DNA from: Terriglobia bacterium
GTDB taxonomy: Bacteria > Acidobacteriota > Terriglobia > 20CM-2-55-15
Assembly: GCA_963664115.2 (NCBI GenBank)
Contig: CAXWPJ010000005.1
Location: 192,001-256,000 of the forward strand
Length of the DNA: 64,000 nucleotides
Reading direction: 5' to 3'
Below are positions 29,682 through 39,107 of the stretch, one piece after another; the stretch's first letter is position 1, and the number at the start of each line of letters is the position of its first letter. The notes under the pieces are model-generated. The model saw nothing but the letters and a program-made list of their open reading frames with translations, was not told the origin of the DNA and searched no databases. Made by a program: the position numbers and the translations under genes.

Positions 29682-31157
29682 ATGCCCGAAAACGATCCGT
29701 TTGAAAAGCTGCCTCTCCCGAGCACATCGATCCGGGGACTATTGAAGCACTTCGGCCCCGGGATGATTCTGATGATGACCGGGATCGGAACCAGCCACCT
29801 GATCACGGCGCCGGCTGCGGGGGGCCGCTTTGGCTACGCCCTGCTCTGGTGTATTCCCGTCGCCTACATCTTTAAGTATTACGGGTTTGAAATGGCGTTC
29901 CGCTTCACACACGCGACCGGCCGCAGCATGCTGGACGCCTATTCGACGGCCTGGAAGAAATGGCCCCTCTGGTACGTTCTCCTGACGACATTGATCCAGT
30001 GCGTCATCGGCCAGGCGGGGCGACTCGTCGCAGCCGCCGCGGTGTTGTTTTACTTTTTCTCGGAATACCTGGGGCTGGTATTTCCGATTTCGGTATTCGC
30101 GTTCGGCCTTGGAATCGTGTCCATCGCTGTTCTGTTGACCGGGCGCTACCAGGCTTTAGAAATTGTGTCGAAAGTTTTCGCCGGGATGCTGGTTCTGGCC
30201 AGCGTCGGCGTATATCTGGTGGAACCGGCCCCCCTGTCGGCGATGGGGAATTTCTTTGTCGTTCAGATTCCGGGGGGTTCCTGGCTCGTCATCGCCGCGT
30301 TCCTGGGCTTGCTGCCCACCGGTATCGACGTATCTCTCCAGGCCTCGGAATGGGGCAAGGCGAAGCGTGTCGGCATGGGAGCCATCCGGGAGACTCTGGA
30401 AAAAGAAGGCAAGGTGCCCACCTTCGACCCCTTCGTTTCGTCGAAGGAGGACCTCACCGTGGACACCGGAGTGCTCTCTCCCCACGCCCTGGAATACTGT
30501 CGCCGGTGGTTTCGCATCGGCCTGTGGGACTTCCGCGCCGGGCACGTCATCTCGTTCTTCCTCGCGTGTATCTTCCTCCTGCTTGCCGCGGTGTGGCTCT
30601 ATCCCAACCCCGTGGAGGGGAACGCCGTCATCGGCGAGATCGGACGGGTCTTCAGCGACAGCGTCGGCCCATCCATGATGGTCGTGTTCATGATCGGAGC
30701 ATTCGCGGCGACCTTCTCGACTGCTCTCAACTACTTCGACGGGTGGCCGAGGGTCGTCGGGGCCTGTTGCCGCAACCTCTTCCGGTCAACGGCCGGACTC
30801 CAGGGGGTTTCAGGTGAAGCACTGGGGCCGGAGCACCGGCGGCGATGGTATTCCGAATACAACATCTATCGGATCACGATGTTCTTTTCACTGATTGCCG
30901 CGAGTTCCCTGATCGCGGGAGTGCCACGACCCGTCTGGCTTGTCCTCGTCGCTTCGGCCCTGGCGTTCTTTGTCGCGCCCGTCATTTTCTTCCTCAACCT
31001 TTATTACTGCTTCGCCGTCATACCCAAGAAAGACCGTGTTTTCTATCCATCGACTTTCGCAACCTGGTTCAGTTGGATCAGCATGGCCGTGTTCGCTGCT
31101 ATGAGCTTCATTCTCATCATGGCCCGGGTATTCGGGATAACGTTGTTCGGCGCCTGA
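29682..31157 (+). CDS. Nramp-family divalent metal transporter-like protein
   Basis: GPG.....GIG.SH, AG.RFGY.LLW and AATFST; many TM helices. Confidence 0.82.
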   Translation: MPENDPFEKLPLPSTSIRGLLKHFGPGMILMMTGIGTSHLITAPAAGGRFGYALLWCIPVAYIFKYYGFEMAFRFTHATGRSMLDAYSTAWKKWPLWYVLLTTLIQCVIGQAGRLVAAAAVLFYFFSEYLGLVFPISVFAFGLGIVSIAVLLTGRYQALEIVSKVFAGMLVLASVGVYLVEPAPLSAMGNFFVVQIPGGSWLVIAAFLGLLPTGIDVSLQASEWGKAKRVGMGAIRETLEKEGKVPTFDPFVSSKEDLTVDTGVLSPHALEYCRRWFRIGLWDFRAGHVISFFLACIFLLLAAVWLYPNPVEGNAVIGEIGRVFSDSVGPSMMVVFMIGAFAATFSTALNYFDGWPRVVGACCRNLFRSTAGLQGVSGEALGPEHRRRWYSEYNIYRITMFFSLIAASSLIAGVPRPVWLVLVASALAFFVAPVIFFLNLYYCFAVIPKKDRVFYPSTFATWFSWISMAVFAAMSFILIMARVFGITLFGA

Positions 31158-31160
31158 AAC

Positions 31161-33053
31161 CTATGAAACATCGAAGTCGAGGTTGCGCGTGATGCGCTCG
31201 CCCGTGGAGCGAAACGCGTCGATGTACATGGAGATGCGCTTCTTCGCGGTTTCGAGGTCGTGGTTGTCCAGGTTGATGTTCAGCAGGTCGACGTACCAGG
31301 GCGTCTTGATCGCATCGCTTACGTAGGTTTCCACCGTCGCCCGTGCAATCGGAAGCGTCGTGCCTTTCGAATCGTCGTGGACGTTGCGGGTGCTCGCGCC
31401 GCGCAACTTTTCGTACTCCTCATTCAAAATCCGACGGAATAGATCCTCCGTGAAGGTATCTCCCGCCTGAACACCTGTTTCGCTGTCGTCTTCAGTGAGG
31501 CGGGCCCCCTTGTGGAGCCACTCCCAGAGGATGCTGAGCCGGATTTCGCCCGTGGCCATATCTTCCATCAGGTAAAGGACGTCATCGTTCTCAAAGAAGT
31601 CGGCCGGCTTGAGTGCTGCCGCCTGAAAACCCCGGCCGAAAGCGTTGCCGTACTGCAGCCCCACACTGATCAGGTCCCGTGTCCCGCGAATGGTCCGCGG
31701 CGCCGGTTCGAGCATGAACAGGCCTTCCGCGTCCTCTTCGGTGTAAGTCAGAGGCGGAAACTGGCGGTCCGTCTGGTTCAGCTTCCCCACTTTTCCCCAT
31801 ACCGGTCTGACGATGTGGACCATCTTCCAGTGGGCGACCCACTTGCCGCTCGCCCCTTCCCTTTCTTCGCGTTCTGCACCGGCAACGGCCTTCTTCATGC
31901 TGGCTTCGACGCCCGCTTCAGTCCCGACCGGAATGTTCGGCTCCATCCCGCCCTGCCACAGGGCATGACGACCGTTGCGGTCGGGGGTGGCGACAGCGCG
32001 GCGGACACGATCCTCGTAGATCCGCATGTAGCCATAGGTCATGACGATCGCATCGATGTTCGGGTTGAGGAAGTCGGGCGACCACTCCATGGCGTCGGAG
32101 ACGCTGTTGATGTAGTCCCATCGACCCGTGTTGTAACCGATGAAGTGAGTGCCCAGAGCCGCACGGATCTCCATCAACTGAAAGCAGGCTTCGACCTGCT
32201 CGACTAGGACATAGACCTTGATGGCCCCGACCCCCAGGCCCAGGTGTTGTTCGAGCCGGGTCAGCAGGCTGTTCCAGACGGCGGCCTCTGCGGCAGTTTG
32301 AATCTTCGGCAGATACAGAACGATAGTCGCTCCAGCCTGACGAAGGCGTTCGTGGTTGTTCACCACGTAGAGCACGGTGTCGACGATGGAAGCCGAGAAT
32401 CCGGTTCCGTCCCCGCAGCATACATGGCGGTCGTCGAGGTGGAGGCCCCGTGCCCGGAAGATCTTCGTAGTCAAATCGAGCTGCTTCTCCCAGCTGTCGA
32501 TGATAGTGCGGCCGAAGAACTCACGGGCCCAGTCGTTCATGCTTCGAGCGACCTGCTCGGCCGCATCGAGAAAGATAGTGTCCCTGGCAAAGGCCAACTT
32601 GAGATTCCTTTGGTTGTCGAGCGACATGGTCGAGACCTGCCCGAGGGCATCCTCGCCGTCGAACATCCATCCGTCCGCACCGGAGAGGAGGGCATAGGCG
32701 ACATTGCGGATGCTGCTTTCTATCGCTGCGCGTGGCTTGGCCGCCGGCCCGGTGCCCTGTATCCACTGCCGAGCGAGGTCGTCCGGGATCTCGGACCCCT
32801 CGAAATTTCCCTCGCGTGCGTTCTGCACTGTCAAATCGCTGCCCCCGACCATCGATTGGGGGTCCAGGAAGCCTATGTGCTCGTGATCGCGAGCCCTTCT
32901 CTGCCGCCGCTCAATGCGCGCAGTCATGACGTCCAGACGCTGCCGGTTCACATCAGCCAGCGCCGACAGGGCGTCCAGTGCCACCGGTGTATAGACATCG
33001 GAGTAGGACTCCCTAAGGTTTTCGCGGATCTTTAAGTCGTTCGTACCGGCCAT
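31161..33053 (-). CDS. Malate synthase (divergent type)
   Basis: DGED, YLPK, LVE, NTGRWDYI, GGM, G.WVAH and LMEDMATGEI. Confidence 0.88.
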   Translation of the reverse strand: MAGTNDLKIRENLRESYSDVYTPVALDALSALADVNRQRLDVMTARIERRQRRARDHEHIGFLDPQSMVGGSDLTVQNAREGNFEGSEIPDDLARQWIQGTGPAAKPRAAIESSIRNVAYALLSGADGWMFDGEDALGQVSTMSLDNQRNLKLAFARDTIFLDAAEQVARSMNDWAREFFGRTIIDSWEKQLDLTTKIFRARGLHLDDRHVCCGDGTGFSASIVDTVLYVVNNHERLRQAGATIVLYLPKIQTAAEAAVWNSLLTRLEQHLGLGVGAIKVYVLVEQVEACFQLMEIRAALGTHFIGYNTGRWDYINSVSDAMEWSPDFLNPNIDAIVMTYGYMRIYEDRVRRAVATPDRNGRHALWQGGMEPNIPVGTEAGVEASMKKAVAGAEREEREGASGKWVAHWKMVHIVRPVWGKVGKLNQTDRQFPPLTYTEEDAEGLFMLEPAPRTIRGTRDLISVGLQYGNAFGRGFQAAALKPADFFENDDVLYLMEDMATGEIRLSILWEWLHKGARLTEDDSETGVQAGDTFTEDLFRRILNEEYEKLRGASTRNVHDDSKGTTLPIARATVETYVSDAIKTPWYVDLLNINLDNHDLETAKKRISMYIDAFRSTGERITRNLDFDVS

Positions 33054-33239
33054 CGATACTCCCCCCCTTGGGTTTCATTCTGTTGTTCGTCGAGCAATCA
33101 GGTTACAAACCGGAAAGTGGACGAGGTGAGGTGACCCGAATCTGGGAACACACAATCTGGGAACACACTTGGAGCGTTCATTTTTGCCCCCTATGTTTTT
33201 AACTGTACTCCCGTCATTGTCAACCTAAACCTCGAAAGG

Positions 33240-33268
33240 TTGACATGAACGGGGCTTGGAAATACAGT
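33240..33268 (+). promoter_or_regulatory. Sigma70-like promoter for the B3 MBL gene
   Basis: TTGACA-17-TACAGT. Confidence 0.6.
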
Positions 33269-33332
33269 CGTCGCACTGAATTCGACTGCCACGCGATCTC
33301 AGGCAGCCGGGAATTATGAAGGGAGATGTCCA

Positions 33333-34292
33333 ATGAGGTCCAGGTGGTACCCGGCTCGTAAGCGGCGTGTTGTTTCTTTGGTTTCAAAACTGACCGTCAT
33401 GCTGGCCGCTGCCATGGTGCTCCTGGTGCTGCCGGGGGCGCTTGCCGCGGCGCAAGGACCGCCAGGCCCCAATTCCCGTGCTATCCCGACCCAGCCGTTT
33501 CATGTCATCGGCAACATCTACTTCGTCGGGCCCGTTTCTGAGAGCGGAACGGATCGTTCCGATGCGACTTCCTTTCTGATTACGACACCGGAAGGCCACA
33601 TCCTGATCGACAGCGTATTCGAGGATAGCGTTCCACGTATTCGTGACAACGTGGAGGCGCTGGGATTCCGCGTCGAGGACATCAAGATATTGCTCAACAG
33701 CCACGCCCACACCGACCATATGGCCGGCCACAAGCTGATGAAGGAGCTGACCGGGGCCGAAGTCTATATGTCGGAGGAAGGCGCAGCGGTGATGGCGGAC
33801 GGGGGACGGAGCGATTTCCGGAGTGACGGCCGCCAGTTGTGGGATCCGCTTGAGGCGGACCACATCCTCGAAGATGGCGACTCAGTCACTCTCGGCGGCG
33901 TCACCCTGACGGCACACCTAACGCCCGGTCATACAAAAGGTTGCACCACCTGGACCATGGTCACCGAAGACGGTGGCCTGGGCTACAACGTCGTGATTGC
34001 CGGCGGCGTGCGACCCAACCCGAATGAAACCCTGGTCGGAAACCCGGCATACCCGCAGATTTCCGAGGACTTTCGCAAAGCCTTCCGCACTTTGAAGAGC
34101 CTGTCCGCCGATGTGTTCCTGGCAGTACACGGAAGTTGGTTCCGTCTACCCGAGAAGGCCATCGCCAGGGCAAAAGGCCTCAGTGCCAATCCGTTTATCG
34201 ACCCGCAGGGATACCGGGACTACGTCCGGACATTTGAGCAACAATACCTCGATAAGCTGGAAGCGGATCGCGCCTCTGCGACTGGACGGTAG
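33333..34292 (+). CDS. Subclass B3 metallo-beta-lactamase-like protein
   Basis: PF.VIGNIY.VG, SHAHTDH, TPGHTKGCTTW, D.FL..H and NPFIDP.GY. Confidence 0.88.
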   Translation: MRSRWYPARKRRVVSLVSKLTVMLAAAMVLLVLPGALAAAQGPPGPNSRAIPTQPFHVIGNIYFVGPVSESGTDRSDATSFLITTPEGHILIDSVFEDSVPRIRDNVEALGFRVEDIKILLNSHAHTDHMAGHKLMKELTGAEVYMSEEGAAVMADGGRSDFRSDGRQLWDPLEADHILEDGDSVTLGGVTLTAHLTPGHTKGCTTWTMVTEDGGLGYNVVIAGGVRPNPNETLVGNPAYPQISEDFRKAFRTLKSLSADVFLAVHGSWFRLPEKAIARAKGLSANPFIDPQGYRDYVRTFEQQYLDKLEADRASATGR

Positions 34293-34371
34293 AATCTACA
34301 CTCATTGACGCATCCGCTTAGAATCGCCTTGGCCGGATCCAGTGCATACCGTAGGTGAAAAAGTGATTGGC

Positions 34372-34404
34372 CTAGCATCCTCTCCTTCAATTCTTCGAAA
34401 CACT
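34372..34404 (-). pseudogene. Isolated kinase C-terminal stub
   Basis: The minus strand reads CFEELKERML. Confidence 0.55.
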
Positions 34405-34492
34405 GCTCGTTCATTGGGAGGAATCGACAGCAACGAAGACCGCTCTGTTTCGCCGTAACGCGGCCCTTGAGACTTCTGCCACGGGCTGCTAG

Positions 34493-35960
34493 TACTACTG
34501 TGTTACAAACGAAGCGGCCCACAGAGCGGACAGCACGGGAGCTGCTGGATGAGGAATCGTGCGATGCGAACGCGAAGTGTGGCAATCGAGCACGGATTAT
34601 GTCGCTCGGGCCGGATCCGGGGCTCCGCGGGGTTTGAAGTGTCTGGGGAGTTGGGGGACGGATAGTCCAACATGCGTGACAAATGCAGAGGGGGAAAAAC
34701 GGTTCCGCTCAGCGACCAGGAACCCATAAGCTGCGATGCATAAAGCGCCATGGTGGTGAAATCCACGCCAGCCGCGACCTTCGTAATGGCCCAGTCCGAG
34801 TTCCTGCTTGAGTTCCTGATAGTCGCGTTCGATGATCCAGCGATGCTTGGCCCGATAGACCAGATTTGAAAGAGAGGTATTGGTCTCGAGACTGGAGAGC
34901 CAGTATTGAACCGGTTCGGATTCGGTCTTGGGCCATTCGATCAACAACCATTCTTCCGGATGGGGCTCGTGGCGCTCATGATCGCGATGAGCCGTGCGAA
35001 TCCGGATTGCGGCGAAGCGGGAGCGCAACGTGTCGGCCGTGCCTTCGCGCCAGGACACGTTCTTCCATTTTTGTCGAGGCAAGGAGAGAGCCAGTTGTTT
35101 GACCGAAACAGGACGATGCTTCTTGTGACGCCTCAACAGCGTCGGCGGGCGCCCCTGGCCGGTCCACGACTTCTTGGGCAGGGGTTGCCGACCGGGCTCC
35201 CAGACCGAGGTCGAGGATTGGATGCCAACCACATAAGGCAGCCCCAGTGCGGTAATCGTCGCGCGAAACTTACTGTCGTTGCCGTAGGCGGCATCGGCCA
35301 ACACGGGAGCCGTCCCCACACCGTCCGCAATCGCCTGTCGGATTTGGTCCAGAGCAATCGCGATTTTGGTCTGGAATCCAACCGCGTCGGGGACACCGGT
35401 CTTCTTGCGGCGTTCGGCATCGTTCGCCCAAAGCTTCGGCAGGTACAGCCGCCATGCCACGGGCAGACTCGATTTCGCCGTCGCTACCGACAGACTGACC
35501 GCCACCCGGCAGTTCTCCTGCTTGCCGACCTGTCCACAGTATTGCCGGGCCACACCTACCGAGTGGGTCCCCTTCTTCACGAATCCGGTGTCGTCGACAA
35601 TCCACGATTCAATCGGACCGTGCGCTTCCATCCCCGGCAACGTCGACTCCCGGACTTGTCGCAATATGGCCGCATCCTCCCAGGGGGCATCCGCCACCAG
35701 GTGATGCAACGACTGATGCATTCGGCGCACATTATCCGGAGCCAATCGCGCCGCCATCGGCTCCACGCTCTTGCGCTTGATTGGCAGCAGCAATCCCTTG
35801 CAGTACCACTTCAGCGGTTCATGACGGTCGGCGTGTCCGGCGGCCGACGCCAGGCGTTCCATATAGGCCGCAAAACGTTCTTCCTGAGTGCCTGGCGCCT
35901 TCGTTTTGGCGCTCATGTGCCAATGCTAACACAAGCTCGTCATTTTGTAACACAGTAGTA
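34493..35960 (-). mobile_element. IS701-family element copy B (transposase 34597..35916)
   Basis: Near-identical to copy A, same orientation, CTAG duplication. Confidence 0.93.
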
Positions 35961-36295
35961 CTAGGGATCTTCGAGTTGCAGACGCGAACTGAGGAGCGGA
36001 GCGATGTCTTTTCATCGTGACCGACGAGGGACAAAGCCTGAGGCCCGAACCCCCTGCGCGGCTCTCGAGACTTCTGCCACGGACTGCTACGCTAAACCTA
36101 AGGCGTTCGGAAGACGCTGTATTCTTTGAATTGATAGAATGCAATGCCGGATTCGAACCCGACTACGGGCGACTGCCCGTAACTGCCAATGACGCGTGCA
36201 CACGTTCACCCGTCGAGGGCGAAGCAGCTGTGTACTGCACGACCGACTATCCAACCGACGAACCATAGTGGACACGAGAGAGTGAAGTCACACCG

Positions 36296-37546
36296 ATGAA
36301 CGACAATCCCCTCCCCAGGCCCGGAGCTCCGCTTCGTTCTCTAGCCATGACGGTCTACGCGCCGACCTTCCTGTTCGCCGTCGGGCAGGGCGCCGTGATT
36401 CCCATCCTGGCGCTGGCGGCACGCGATGTGGGCGCCTCGATACCGGCGGCCGCCGTAATCGTGGCGATGCGCGGGATCGGTGCCATGGCTTCGGACATTC
36501 CCGCAGGCATGATCATCGGTCGGCTGGGAGTACGGCGCGCCATGTCCATGGGGACCGGAGTGCTCATCCTGTCTCTCCTCGGCGCGGTGTGGAGCCCCAA
36601 CACTATCGCATTCGGCGTTTTCATATTTCTGATGGGCAGCGGCTGGTCGGTCTGGCTGCTGGCCCGACTCGCCTACGTCACCGATGTCATGCCACTCCAT
36701 TTGCGAGGGCGCGCGCTATCGACGATGGGTGGCATGAACCGGATCGGAAACTTCATAGGACCCTTCCTTGGCGCTATCTTGATCGCAGTTGTCGGCATTA
36801 ACGGAACGTTCTACCTGCATATGGTGTTTGCCGTCGCTGGCTGGCTGGTCCTGCTGCTGGTGCCCGATCCCCACTCCGTCCCGCACATGCCGGAAGAGGT
36901 TCCGGTGCGTTTCCGGGCCATACTGTCGGAACATGCAAGCGTGTTCGCCACCGCCGGTGCGGCGGCACTCTCGGTCGGCATGCTGCGATCGGCGCGTGAG
37001 GCAGCACTCCCGCTCTGGGGCGAATACATCGGCCTGGATGCCGCTTTGGTGGCGGTGATCTTCGGCATCTCCTCAGGGATCGATATGCTTCTGTTCTACC
37101 CGGCCGGGTCGGCATCCGATCGCTTCGGCCGGAAGTTCGTGGCCATCCCGTGCATATCCATCATGGCCGCCGGATTCATCCTTCTCCCGATGACCTCGAG
37201 CTTCCTCGCCATGGCGCTGGTTGGACTGGTGCTGGGGTTCGGCAACGGCCTGGGCAGTGGAATCATCATGACACTTGGTGCCGATTTTTCGCCATCCCGT
37301 GGCCGCGCCGAATTTCTTGGTGTCTGGCGAACCCTGGGAGATGTCGGCAACGCAATCGGTCCGGCAATCGTTTCGGCGGATACGGCTCTGGCTTCCCTGG
37401 CTGCCGGATCGCTTGTCATCGGAGGGATGGGACTGCTGGGCGCAGGACTCGTGTTTTTCCGGATGCCCGAACCACTCAAGGAACACCTCGAGTCAGTCAG
37501 GGAGCGGCGACAACGGGGGAGAAAGGGGACAGGCACTTCAAACTAA
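36296..37546 (+). CDS. MFS transporter
   Basis: About 12 TM helices; G...GRLG.RR and G..SDRFGRK. Confidence 0.88.
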   Translation: MNDNPLPRPGAPLRSLAMTVYAPTFLFAVGQGAVIPILALAARDVGASIPAAAVIVAMRGIGAMASDIPAGMIIGRLGVRRAMSMGTGVLILSLLGAVWSPNTIAFGVFIFLMGSGWSVWLLARLAYVTDVMPLHLRGRALSTMGGMNRIGNFIGPFLGAILIAVVGINGTFYLHMVFAVAGWLVLLLVPDPHSVPHMPEEVPVRFRAILSEHASVFATAGAAALSVGMLRSAREAALPLWGEYIGLDAALVAVIFGISSGIDMLLFYPAGSASDRFGRKFVAIPCISIMAAGFILLPMTSSFLAMALVGLVLGFGNGLGSGIIMTLGADFSPSRGRAEFLGVWRTLGDVGNAIGPAIVSADTALASLAAGSLVIGGMGLLGAGLVFFRMPEPLKEHLESVRERRQRGRKGTGTSN

Positions 37547-37591
37547 ATACACTCGCCGAGCCACGACGTTGTATGAAGTGTCCGTCCCCTT
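37523..37591. repeat. REP-like inverted repeat
   Basis: AAGGGGACAGGCACTTCA ... TGAAGTGTCCGTCCCCTT. Confidence 0.7.
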
Positions 37592-37593
37592 AG

Positions 37594-39078
37594 CAGCCCG
37601 TGGTGAAAGTCAGTTTCATAGTATTTAGAAGAAGGACCGGATGCGACCATATCGCGAGGAACATTGAGGTAAGGAGACCGCGCTATGGGAATGGGACGAA
37701 GAAAGGACCGACAGGAGACGTTGTGGGTGGCGACGGCGGAGTTGCCGCGAACCGCGGGCCACGTGTTCTATGAACGGGTGAACCGAATCCTGAATGAGAC
37801 GAATTTCGACCGGTTCGTCGAGGATGCCTGCGAGAAGTTCTACGCCGCAGTGATGGGTCGGCCGAGCCTGGCACCGGGCAGGTATTTTCGGATGCTGCTG
37901 GTCGGCTACTTTGAAGGGATCGATTCGGAGCGGGGAATCGCATGGCGGTGTGCCGATTCTCTGAGCTTGCGGGAATTTCTGGGATTGGGACTGAGCGACG
38001 CGGTGGCGGATCATTCGACGGTGTCGCGAACCCGACGGCTGATCGATCTGGAAACGCATGGAAAGGTTTTTTCGTGGATGTTGGGCGTGTTGGCCAGTGA
38101 GGGCCTGATCGATGGGAAGACGGTGGGCGTGGATGCATCGACGCTGGAGGCGAATGCGGCGATGCGAACGATCGTGAGACGGGATACCGGAGAAGCCTAC
38201 AACGAGTTCCTGACACGGCTGGCGCAGGCGTCGGGCATTGAGACTCCGACCCAGGCCGAGCGGGCCCGGCTGGACCGAAAGCGCACGAAGAAGGGATCGA
38301 ACAAAGAGTGGGAACATCCCCACGACCCGGACGCGCGAATCACGAAGATGAAGGACGGCCGGACTGATCTGGCGCACAAGGTCGCACATGCCGCCGACAT
38401 GAAGACCGGGGCCATCCTGGCAGTCACCGTGCAGGGCACCGACCAGGGCGACACGACGACGATCAAAGAGACGATGATCGAAGCGGCTCGTCAGATGGAG
38501 ACACTGGCGGCCGATCCTGAATCGAAGTTGCGGGATGATTGCCTCTCCGAAATCGTGGCCGATAAGGGATATCACAGTAACGATACGCTGACCGGTTTCA
38601 GGGACCTCAATATGCGCAGCTACATCTCGGAGCCGGACCGGGGCCGGCGCAACTGGAAAGGCAAGCCCGACGAACAAAAGGCCGTCTATGCGAACCGGCG
38701 GCGGATCCGGGGTGAGCGGGGCAAGCGGTTACTCCGACAGCGGGGACTGATGTTGGAACAACCGTTTGCGCACACGCTGGAAACTGGCGCAATGCGTCGG
38801 GTTCACCTGCGACATCGCGACAACATTCTCAAGCGTGTTCTGATTCAGTACGCTGCGTTGAATCTGAGCCTGATTCTTCGGAACAATTTCGGGAATGGCA
38901 CACCGCGAGGCCTTCAGGGCCAGCATGTCACTGCCTTGTTCACCCTGATACTGCTCTGGAGCCACTATGCAACGCTCTCTTTCGATCGTCACCGCTCCCG
39001 AAACGATTTCGCAGCCGATCCTTCCCGGAACACTCCTGTGAATTCCGGCTCAAAATATGCCACTTCTGCCACGGGCTG
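37594..39078 (+). mobile_element. IS1182/IS5-like element
   Basis: Ends CAGCCCGTGGTGAAAGT and ACTTCTGCCACGGGCTG with a TTAG duplication; the transposase stop lies in the right TTAG. Confidence 0.88.
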
Positions 39079-39082
39079 TTAG
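37685..39082 (+). CDS. IS1182/IS5-type DDE transposase
   Basis: GRPS..P, GIDSER, DHSTVSR.R, VDAST..ANA, DPDAR and ADKGY. Confidence 0.9.
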   Translation: MGMGRRKDRQETLWVATAELPRTAGHVFYERVNRILNETNFDRFVEDACEKFYAAVMGRPSLAPGRYFRMLLVGYFEGIDSERGIAWRCADSLSLREFLGLGLSDAVADHSTVSRTRRLIDLETHGKVFSWMLGVLASEGLIDGKTVGVDASTLEANAAMRTIVRRDTGEAYNEFLTRLAQASGIETPTQAERARLDRKRTKKGSNKEWEHPHDPDARITKMKDGRTDLAHKVAHAADMKTGAILAVTVQGTDQGDTTTIKETMIEAARQMETLAADPESKLRDDCLSEIVADKGYHSNDTLTGFRDLNMRSYISEPDRGRRNWKGKPDEQKAVYANRRRIRGERGKRLLRQRGLMLEQPFAHTLETGAMRRVHLRHRDNILKRVLIQYAALNLSLILRNNFGNGTPRGLQGQHVTALFTLILLWSHYATLSFDRHRSRNDFAADPSRNTPVNSGSKYATSATGC

Positions 39083-39107
39083 AGGAGGCGTCAAGGGTTC
39101 ACACGGT

